Shown piece after piece: positions 42,901-54,900 of a stretch of DNA of 64,000 nt. The DNA is taken from NCBI RefSeq assembly GCF_964355755.1, contig NC_092677.1:12112101-12176100 (forward strand), given 5' to 3'. The position numbers and the translations under genes were made by a program. Below the pieces are notes generated by a model. It saw nothing but the letters and a program-made list of their open reading frames with translations, did no database searches and was not told the origin of the DNA. Source of the stretch: Antedon mediterranea. Taxonomy: Eukaryota > Animalia > Echinodermata. Numbering within the stretch: position 1 is the first letter of the stretch; each line of letters starts with the position of its first letter.

Positions 42901-45900
42901 TCGTTAAACCAGGAGTGATCGACACTATTTAAGTACAGATTTGACAGTGTCATCCATCACAGAAATACCTTATTATACCGTTAATCACTCCCACTTAAAC
43001 ACCCCTGGATCAACTTAGGACCAATCGTTACCCTCACAGATGATGTAATGACATTATGCAAATGAACCGAGCCAATATACTCCCAAGTTTCAGAAGGGCC
43101 CAGACACACCTCACAGCCACTTCTCCAGAAGCAGACTAACACACTTCACACCTCACCGACAGCATCATTGATTGTCCGTTCCTTATCTATACTTATAGTT
43201 GTATATTGTACTGAAGTATTATACTGAATAAACAATATAGTGTTACGACAGTCAAGCGAGTTAGAGTCTTTCATTAGTACCTCAACAACCCAACATTATA
43301 TTACATGGTGGAAGACCCAAATTTCATAAGGAACGGAGTGAGAAAACAAGGAATAAACACTTAACAAGACACGAAGACGAAGACAAAGACAAAAATAACC
43401 ATATTTGTTTGAAAGGAGAGAAATTTACTTTGACTCAAAAGACAAGCTGAAATTATATTTGAATGAGATCGAGACAAGCAGAAATTTTATCAAATTATTA
43501 CCATTGGATGAAGACAAAGAAGATAATCGAGGAAGACACAAAAGACAAGCTGAAATTATATTTGAATGAAATCGAGACAAGCAGAAATTTTATGAAATTA
43601 TAACCATTGGATAAAGACAAAGAAGATAATCGAGGAAGACCCAAGAAGAATCAAAACAGAAGCAAGCGGACAAGAACTGTTTCGTTTAGAGACTTTCAAC
43701 TTCACGCCGTTTTTTTTTCGATCGTTTTTTTAACATTTACTTTTTTGAACATTGATGAACACCTTTCGCATTTTTTTTTAATTCGTTGTTTGAACATTTA
43801 AACATTTTTGAACACTTTTGCATTCTTTTAATTCATTTTAATTGGATCCGAAGCATTTGGGGTAAGTCGAAACCATTTCGAATTTTGATTTGTAACCTTT
43901 ATTGAAAAAGTGAGAGTTTACATATACACTAAATTGTTTTTGATATTTGATTAATAATTAATATTATAAAGTATGGTCGACGTTGTTGATAACGAAGTAA
44001 TTTTAAATGAGCCCGTCAATCCTCACCCCGTGCCCCACCTAAGACAAACCGATTTCCTTCCCAAAAGATATGACGGTTCCATAACCGATCACGACCAATG
44101 TAGTGCACATTACTTATCGTTTACCGACTACCTTGAGGCCCACACGTTAGAAAACCCTGTAAACAATGCCCAATTAATTAATGTAATAAGTATTTTTAAA
44201 CGTAGCCTTCAGGGCCAAGCTAGACTCTGGATTGAGGGAAAGCAGTTCGATTCACTAGAATCCTTAAAAACCCAATTCATCAACAGGTTTAGTAAAAACA
44301 AATCAATCTATGCGCACATAAGAGAATACGATTCAATTACATACACCACTGGCGACAACGCCGAAAAGCACTTAACCAAAATCAAACAAGCCGCAGACAG
44401 AATTGGATACGCTGACCAGCAGATAAAGAATAAATTTATTTCGACCCTTCCACCAAAATGTAGAGCAGCTGTAGCCATGTCCACCCCAATCGATGCCACT
44501 ATTGAAAATATTGTAAATAGCACACAAAATTACCTTGACCTTTCCGTAGATGATGCCACACGGGAAGTTTCATTCAATATCAATAAGGAAACAGATAGGC
44601 CTAATAGTCTCGAATCGCTCCAACATGAGATAAATTCTCTCAAGTTAGACATGGCCACAACAAAACGATCCCTTAATGATGATACTCGACGCTCACGTTC
44701 CCCCACCCGAAATTATATCCCAAGACGAAACCGAAGCCCAAGCCCATACAAACCCCGATTCCAGACCCCACCGACCCCAAGATATAGACAACCTCCCCCA
44801 ACCTGTTATTACTGCGGGAAACCAGGCCACATAGCAAGGCACTGCCGACAACAAAACCGCTCTTACGGAAACTATCCCCCGCCATACCCATACCAACAGT
44901 CAAACAATTACTACCCTAGCCACCAGCAGGATTTTTAAAAAGGGGACTAGATGCCGCCTATAATCTGGCCCCCCATACTAAATACGACAATTTTAAGGCA
45001 AAATACTTAGGGAATTCAGATAATATTGATTTGTTACTTAACGACAGAAATTACGTAAAAGGAAACTTACCAGATGGTAGAAATGTTTTAACTTTATTTG
45101 ACAGTGGTTCAACTAGAACTATAATCTCACAATCGTACGTTAATTCCTCACTTTATTTATCGCGTTTAAAGCCAGTTAAAGTGAACACAACTAAATTTAG
45201 ATTAGGTAACGGTGACTTCTTATATGCCAACCACTTAGTGCAATTCGAATTATTTATCCAAGGACACAAATTTAAAATTTCAGCATTAATCGTTAAAAAT
45301 TTGACAGGTATTGACCTGATACTTGGAACCGAAACATTGTCTGAACTCGACGGTACTTTAAATTTTAAGGAAAACACATTTCGCATTAGACCAAAGATTT
45401 TTAGCTTTCGTCCAGTACACAAGATTTTTCTTAAACCCGGTGATACTAAAACAGTTAAATTAAAAGGAAGGGTTCCCGCCTTCGTACGCAATTCTGATGT
45501 TGTTCTACATGCAACCACCCATATTTCAAAACTTTGTCCATCAGATATGTTAGTAAAATTACATAGAGGAGAAACCAACATTGATATCACTAACAACACA
45601 AACAGAAACGTATCTCTAAATACACATCAACCTATCGCGAGCCTTCACTTAAGCAACCTTGTAACAGTTACTAACGACCTACCAATTGATAGAATAAAGT
45701 TGACCAATGACAACGCAAACAAGTACCCACATTTAGAACGTACAGACCCATTGCTAACTTTAACCGAGGAAGAAATAATTAGAAAACAAGTTGATTTAAC
45801 AGACAGCGTTTTAACACATAGAGAAAAAGAAGATTTGTATAAAACATTACAACAAAACAGAAACGCATTTTCACTTTATGGTGAACTATCTAGCGGCCCA

Positions 45901-48900
45901 AACTTCAAAGCTGACATACACCTCTCTAACGATGAACCATTTTTTATTCGCCCATACTTCGCGACAGACAAAGACAAACATGTTATTGAGGCCGAATTGA
46001 ACAAATTAGTCAAACTAGGAATCTTAGCAGTAGGACACCAATCGTATACTTCCCCTGTCCTTCTTGTTTCAAAGAAAAATTCAAAAGATAAAAGAGTTGT
46101 CACAGACTTTCGCTATCTAAATTCCAGGATAAAACGTATTAATCACCCATTCCCATTATTGGCCGAAACTTTGAAAACAATAGGTAACGCTAATGCACAG
46201 ATTCTTAGCGTAATTGATTTGAAATCAGCGTTCCACTGTGTACCATTAGCCGAACATGCCAAACAATATACAGGTATAGCTTCATATCATGGTGGAAAAC
46301 ATTATTATTATAAGAGATTAGCACAAGGATTAAACGTTTCACCAGGTATATTTCAAGCAAAGATTGACGAAATTTTAAATGAAATCCCAAATTCTAGAGA
46401 ATTCTGTATCGCCCATCATGATGATATTATTTTATTTAGCCAAGACAAATTTGCTCATAAGCAGCACCTTGTTTCCGTTTTACAAGCCCTACAATTAAAT
46501 GGTTTTAGAATTTGCCCAAAGAAATGTAAGTTATTCAAGAATAAAGTGCAATATATGGGACACACCATCCTGATTAATTCTTCAGGACACGCATGTATCA
46601 CACCATTAGGCGACAGGTGTGCAGCTATCCGAAATTTGCCAGTCCCACGAACCCATAAAGAAACTAAACGATTTATTGGTGCAGTAAATTATGTATCCCA
46701 TTTTTTCCCTCAAATACAATCAATTTTACGTCCGTTACACACACTCGCAAGCAAACGCCGAAAATTTTGTTGGTCTACTGAACACCAGAAAGCATTTGAC
46801 GAAATTAAACATTTAATGGTTAAACCACCAACTCTTCAAATGCCTAGAAAAGAAGGTAGATTTACGCTATATAGCGACACTTCAAGAACCGCAACAGGTT
46901 CATATTTAACACAAACAGTAAACGGTAAAGAACACATAATAGGTTATTATTCCAAAATCTTACCACAAGCCTGTCAACGATATAGCGTCACAGAACTAGA
47001 GTTATTTGGACTTTACATTAACGTTTCAGCATTTCGACATTTACTAAAGGGTTGCGAATTTGATGCATTCGTAGACCACTCAGCAATTGTACAAATTTGG
47101 AATTCAAAAGATCAGCCATGTACACCCCGTCTACAGAAACTAATATTACGATTGTCCGGATACATTTTCCAAATTGGTTATAAGAAAGGAACTGAATTAG
47201 TTTTAGCAGATTTCCTCTCCCGAGCCCCTCGTGATGACGATTCCGAAATTGATCAAGTTGTACCCATTGCATTTAATATTACAGAGACTGAATCCTTTAA
47301 CCCGATTACAAACACATCTACTAGCAGACCAGTAACAAGGTCATACGCCAAGAAAATGGGAATAAATATACCTGACCTACATAAACCCAAACCCAAACAA
47401 ACGCCTGTCATTAATCAAAACCCAGTGACAACAAACACGCGACCTACACCTCAACCTACCGCTACACCACAGATAATCACGAGACAACAAACAAACGCAC
47501 ATCGATCACCGCCTATCATAACGCCACCTATCGTAACACCACCCCCAATACGTAATGTAAACATTCGACAACCTCCAGAGGAACGACTAGTAGACAAAAG
47601 TAAGCAAAACAAAGATACTACACATCGAAACGTACCAGTTGAATTGTATACATCGCCCAAACCACTAGTACCAAACATAACTGAATTTAAGTCAGCACAC
47701 ATCCCAAAACAACAAGACTTATATAGATTAATGGATGTTATTCAAAGAAAGATAATTAGAGATTATAACCTCCCAGTAGATGTTAAACAATTACGTGTTG
47801 AACAAGAAACTTCACCATTTTTTAAGCCAGTTTACGATTATTTAGTTCATGATATCCTTCCAGCTGATAAGAAAGCAGCTCGTGCAGTTCAGAATAAGTC
47901 AGAGCAGTACATATTGTGCAACGGTTTACTATTCCGTTTATTTTTCCAAGATAAAGGTGGAGAATTTGTATTGCAATTAGCTGTTCCTGAAAACTTAGCA
48001 GAGACTGTTATTTCTCAGTATCACGACAATTTGTTAAGTAGCCACCAAGGTACGATGCGTACTTACCTTACTATTAGGAAATTGTTTTACATGCCTCTTA
48101 TGTTCGAGAAAGTCAACAATTATACCCAAGCGTGTCTTAGATGTCAACAATTTCGTCCCAAAACCGATAAATTACGTCCTTTACACGATCGAGTAACAGC
48201 AACTTACCGTCCCTTTCATACACTCAGTCTAGATTTTAAGAGTATGCCAACTTCACCTTCAGGTTTTAAACATATTATGGTAGTATGTGATGAGATAACT
48301 AGATTTTTGATTTGTGTACCTTTGAAATCCATTGATGCCGAAACAATTTGTGAAGCACTAATTCAAAAGGTCATCAGTATTTTTGGACCCCCATCTCGTC
48401 TTATTTCAGATGCAGCAACCTCCCTTACAGGAAAATTATTAACACTATTATGTAACACCCTTAATATTGATAGGAAAATCATCAGCGTCCACAATCACGG
48501 TAGTTTACAAGTTGAACGTCATATCCGCACCGTATCGGACCTGTTAAAGGTCAACCTTAACCAATTCGGAACAGATTGGGTTAGATTTGTATCAACAACA
48601 TGTTATGCCTATAACTCGTTTTCATCCCCACATCTAGGAAACCACTCCCCTTACGAATTAGTTTTTGGCCGCCAACCTCCAAGTTTGACCTCATTAGCAT
48701 TTAACCCTATTTCAGGATTGTCTCATTCCTATGAAGAATACTTTGAACATCTCAAGAAGAAATTTCAAAACATTTCACAGACAATGCTACAATTACAGCG
48801 AACACAACAAAACGTCCAAAACTCAAAGATTTCCCAACGCTTAGAAAAAAGTCCAATTTACTCAGTAGGACAACTCGTATATTTATACAAGCCAACATCA

Positions 48901-51900
48901 TCATCACTAACAGCAAATTCAAAGAAAATCGCCGCAGAATGGGTCGGACCATTAGTGATTCATGAAGTACTAGACAGAACACACTACATCCTAGCGACGA
49001 TTAAAGGAGAAATACTTCGCGACGTATTCAATTATAACAGACTGAAACCCTGTTTTATGAGAACACCCAAAGAACGCAAAAATTTTACACATCTCCAAAA
49101 ACTTAAACAATTGTTAAATGAACCCACTGATGATAATAACGAGAAAATCCAAAACACCATTAATGTAGTAAATGACGAAACCAATGTTGAATTTGTAGAC
49201 GAACATGATAGGACACCCACCCAATTGCAATCAGATACCCTTACACATCCAACTAAGATAGAACCCCTTAACTTGCAACCTTACATTGACTGTGTAGAGA
49301 ATAACATGGGATTAGCAGCCCCATTCCAAATGAAAGAGGAACAAATTAAGGAACAAACTAATCTAATTATGACAGCACCTAATGATTCAAGTATGACATT
49401 AAACCGAGGTAGATTTAAAGCAGGACATTTCCAAGTTTTAGTTTCGTATTCTAAACCGACTTCAGCCAAACGCAACACTGATAAAACAAAACACGAATCT
49501 AATGATCGCAAATTTTGGTGGAATATTGACAGATATAACGATACAGATAAATTGATTAAAGAGATCATTAAAGATAAACAGATACCGATAAGTGGATCGC
49601 CAAAACGATTCATAAAACGTTTGTATAATGCAACGAATTACTGATTTAATTTTTTTTGCAAGATTATTTTTAAATTACGACATTTGCTAAATTAATGATA
49701 GCATAGTCTACGTATTTTTGATGAGATTTGTTTAATAATGATGTGATTTCAGTTAAAAGAGAATTGAATTTATGTTTAAGTATTGATTTTGTAACGAGTT
49801 TGATAAAGATTAATTTTGAATTTTGAATGATCGATATATTGAGATATTGAAAAGAACGACAATCATTTTGTAACAAATATTTTGTTGAACCTTTGAGTCG
49901 TTAATCTCAAGCATTAATTAATTGATATACAATAACAGGAGATTTTCTTAGTACTTTTAATTTTAATATTTTTTAAATTGAGTACAAAAGTCAAATTTGT
50001 CGATTGATTGAAATCGTAATTACCTGTGAATATAAATGCTTAAATCGATAAAGTTGTGACGATAATGATATATTGTGGATAAGTTTGTGTCAACGGGACA
50101 CACACATTTGTTTCTTTAAAGTTTTAAGTGATTGAGTTTGATATTTTGATTTTAGGCTAATCAGCCACAGTTTCTTGAATTTTATGTTTCGATTTGATTG
50201 ATTTATATTTGAAGGCCATTAGAACGCGATAAGTTGTCGCGCTATTTGATATATATTCATTGTACATATTCTTTAAGTTCTTTAAATTTGACCAATTGAC
50301 GTTTGATTAACGCTCGAGGGAGGAGTAGAGCCAATTACGAGCTATATATATAAACAACCGGATGGGCAGACTATAAATAAGTCGCACGAGCGTATCAAAT
50401 ATACAGTATTTACTGTCGAATTATAAGTTAATTTACTTTTGTGAGATTGTTATAATAGTTGAACTTGAAATTTTATTGTTTGAGTTTTATATCGTTTATT
50501 TAGTTTAATATTGTTTATTTTAAATACATTTTAATTTTATTTATCTTAATTTTAGTCAATTCCCAAATTTCCCCCTAAAATGGAATCCGAAAAGCTTGAC
50601 GTTACACAGTTATGCTTAAAACACAAAATTCAAATGACGCCCCTGTCCACAGAATGTGCCCTTATAAAGAAGATAATCCTTTACCAAAGCGAACAAAACG
50701 TAATTCTCCATATTACCAAAATGATGCCATTTACTTTAGATTCCTTGAAAAGAGTTTTATTATTCCTTTGCGACATCCGTCCAGCAGACCAACTGACAAA
50801 CCTCAAATTAAATACCCTTTTACACATTGGCAGTTATTTATGTTGTTTCGACAAAATGTCCTCCCCCATTATAGACTACATTTGGAAGCATAAGAGTGAA
50901 CCAGCCCTACTTGACTTTTCCACAATCGACCTTTCCATTAATCTAGACGGCATCGCCACTTGTATACCAAACACACATGAATTTCACAGACAACATATTT
51001 ATTCTATGACCCTCCTGCTCTTAGCAATTACAAAAGACATCAAAGCCCCACAATGCACAACATTTTTTTCAAGAGTCCGACAACAAACAGGCATCATACC
51101 CCAAGACGAATTAAAACCTAGCGAACACTCACCATTTGGATATGTTGTAACTAAATATAAGAAAAAACTATATTCGCACATTCGTAACATGCAGTACCTG
51201 GAAAATAAATACCAAGATACCCCCTGCCAAATTTGTCAATGTAACCCCGAAATTAAAAACTTTCATACTGATTGTACAATCAACAAATGCTGCGGAACAT
51301 TGTTTCACAAAAATTGCCAACAAATAAACAAGAAATACCAATGCTTGAATTGCGGTATGGTATATTTGAATGAGATGCCTTACACTGCTACCTACATGTT
51401 GGACGACGGCACACTGTGGACTACATCCCATTATTATCGATTATTATATGATTGATTTCAATTTATCCTTTATCAATTTTTTTTCTATTTCAAATAATTA
51501 ACGAGAGTCGACTTCTTGACCGATGTTTTTTAGGGAAACCCAACCGTTGTGATGTTTATATTTCGGTAATCCGAGTGTAGCATGCCTCCAAAGCAACGGA
51601 CCCACAATTATGTCGATCTTGAAGAACACTTTTGTTTTTTTTATATACATTTTTTGTTTCAAATTTTATATAAATTCCGGAATTTTTATACCAAATTCAT
51701 TTTTAATTTTATTTTTTTTAAGAGAGAGAAGAGAGAGAGTGAAAGTGATAAGGTTACACTTCAGAGTCAATGGTTTTGGCTAACTCAATTTTTGCATATA
51801 TGTATAATGTTTTTTTTCTTTTATATAACTTTAATTTTGCATGCCACTATTATAACCATTTTTATATGTTAAATAGATTAGAAAAAAAAAAAGGGAAACA

Positions 51901-54900
51901 GAGGGATGTGATATAATGATATACTTTTATATTTAAGAAATTGACCTTTGTATCGGAATTCAAATAGGTTCACAAACTTGACCCAGAAAGTCCAAAGGAG
52001 AGTTTGTCCAGATGTTTTAATGACCATTTAGTTTATAATAGAATCCCTAAAGAAAACACTTAGCTTAATTTTGTGACTTTCCCATCGTTAAACCAGGAGT
52101 GATCGACACTATTTAAGTACAGATTTGACAGTGTCATCCATCACAGAAATACCTTATTATACCGTTAATCACTCCCACTTAAACACCCCTGGATCAACTT
52201 AGGACCAATCGTTACCCTCACAGATGATGTAATGACATTATGCAAATGAACCGAGCCAATATACTCCCAAGTTTCAGAAGGGCCCAGACACACCTCACAG
52301 CCACTTCTCCAGAAGCAGACTAACACACTTCACACCTCACCGACAGCATCATTGATTGTCCGTTCCTTATCTATACTTATAGTTGTATATTGTACTGAAG
52401 TATTATACTGAATAAACAATATAGTGTTACGACAGTCAAGCGAGTTAGAGTCTTTCATTAGTACCTCAACAACCCAACATTATATTACAATAATCAACAG
52501 GATTTTGTAAGTTTTTATTGATTGATTGTTTTTATAATTATACTATGGTATATAGTATTAAGTATACTTACTTATAGGGCTCCAAGCTATATGAAAAAAA
52601 TAATGAATAGATTTATATAAATTAAGTAACATTTTATTTTTTAAACATCATATTAGAAAGCTTTTGCACGAGCATGTAAACTTTGTTGCTATTTCCCAAC
52701 ATGCAAGCTCCACCCACTTTGTAAACAAATCGATCTGGGTGTGCGCAGGTATTACGAAAAACCTTAGCTATGTGCGTTGAGAACCTTACTTCTGAAAAAG
52801 GGCGTCAATAAAAAGGTTTAACTAAAGGGTATTGAAACATGGAAGAATCATACATAGCTTTACAATCAAAACAACTTACAAGCTTCATTAAAAGCCCATT
52901 GGCTTAGATTTCCATACACGAGTTTGTATTTCGCAATCCATTTTCCCACTAGTACTGAAAACCTGGGATGCAATTCAGGATGCCATTGAGAAATGTTAAA
53001 ATTACTGTCAGTTGTCTGTCCAATGACAGCATAATTGTTAGACTCAAACAAAGAAACCACAATTCGGTAAATAACTGCAGGGCCATTTGTAATATCTTCA
53101 TTGTACCAATTTAGACTGTCTTCGGTGATTGTTGGACTTGCGGTTGGAATCTCTAAAAAAAGTATTTAAACTATTTAAAAACATTCATTCATTACTACTT
53201 ACTGTGTTTATTGAACCAGCAAGCACTTTTTTTTATTATAGGAAGAGGCTCAGCTTGTTGATACTATACAATATTGGATACCTTGTTGCTTGATCATAAC
53301 AAAAATATTACACCCAAAGTGGTCTAAACCTTTTTAAAAAGAATTTTTACCATTGTGTTCATCATGTAAAAGATTGTCTTCATTGTAATCTGTAAGAAAT
53401 TATTAAAAATGAAGTACAGAAGGAAACAACAAAGCAGGGTTTTAAAATGGATAACATACTGTGATTACTGTATGACGGGAATAAGCTAAATTAAAACTTT
53501 GGTAAATATATTGTTAAGGCAATTGTAAAGTATAATCACACAATCACTATTGCTTCTTACTCTATCAAACTAGTTTGACAAAAAAAAGATGTGCCCAAAT
53601 ATGGTAGCGACCTCATTGTGTCCATATATGGGCACATCACATTATTTTGTCACATAAAATTTTAATAGTTTAGACAGAGATTTGGTTTATTCAGAAGGAT
53701 TTTTTGTAGTATAGCACCACCTATTTGAACAAAAAATAATAATTCACCACAATTCTTGACAATTGATTTAAAAACCCAGAACATAACAATGTCATAGTTA
53801 CCAACCGTCTCGCATTGTGCGGGACGGTCCCACATTTTTAAGTTATTTTTAATGAAACACATGCATGACCGCATTTTTGTCACGCAATTAGCAGAGGTAT
53901 ATGCATCATTGTTCTCACAATTGAGAGGAAAATGCATTCAAATTAATTGGTATATTTAAAAAGTATAGAAAATTATGCGAGTATTTTATTATTATTATTT
54001 TTTTTTTTTTTTTTTTATTATATTCATATTATACCACCACATACTGTATATCAACAAAAATATTAATTTTTTTCCGTTATCGCTCGCCGTGACGAAGGAT
54101 GGGCCGATAGCAGGCATGTGACAATCAAGATTACTAATTGCCATTGGTCAGTGGATCAGTTCAATTTTTACCCTCCAAAAACAGAAATTTATAAATAAAA
54201 TAAATTCAAGAATCAGCATGAAAATAATGTTGAATTACAAATTACAAGTATAGACTCAAATTAGGTTTTAAAATAATGCATGTACTAATGCTACAGTGTA
54301 GTCTGTTCCACATTTCAAATCTTTCGAAATACAAAACTGTATCATGTTAAATTAAAATGTGCCCCTTTTTGAGCTATGATCATAAACTGACCTATATCAT
54401 AAAAAAACAAATTAAAATAAAGTTTCTTCTTACGTATTTCGCAGCAGAAAGCAGATTGAGTATCAGTACATGAAACATCAGTCCAATGTCCATCGGTAAC
54501 AGATAGCCTAGTACAACGTTGTCTATAGCCATCACTAGGAAACAAATCTGAAAGATCACAAAGGGTAAAGGCCTTAACTCCCTATTTTGTTCTGTTCTCA
54601 AAGACAATTAATTCAGCAACAGAATGATGCCGGGCTAGGCCTATAGCTAGCACACGTTACTGCTGTTTACCAGCTGGTCCTACAAAAGTAAGCCAAAATA
54701 GGTCTCTACGATAGGATATTTAAGTAATTCTATTAATTATGTAGTGTCACTAGTTTTAATTGCCATAGACCTTTATGTCATTTTAACTAAAGTTGTTTTA
54801 ATTCGTATAATGGTTTTATACATGTATGTACTGCGTCTATAAGCAATCATTGATTGGATATATGGCGCCTTATAAATGCTTTGATTATTATTATTATTTT

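Larger units (their letters stand above)
42723..52489 (+). mobile_element. Full-length Ty3/Gypsy LTR retrotransposon with an extra ORF3
   Basis: TG...CA LTRs, TSD ATAA (42719-42722 and 52490-52493), TGG-starting PBS, PPT, and gag followed by PR-RT-RH-IN. Confidence 0.97.

Noticed and set aside
44308-49613. Antisense ORFs inside gag and pol
   Set aside because: Short shadow ORFs without recognisable motifs.
50580-51455. ORF3 as env
   Set aside because: No signal peptide, fusion peptide or C-terminal TM anchor evident; it ends in a Cys/His finger.
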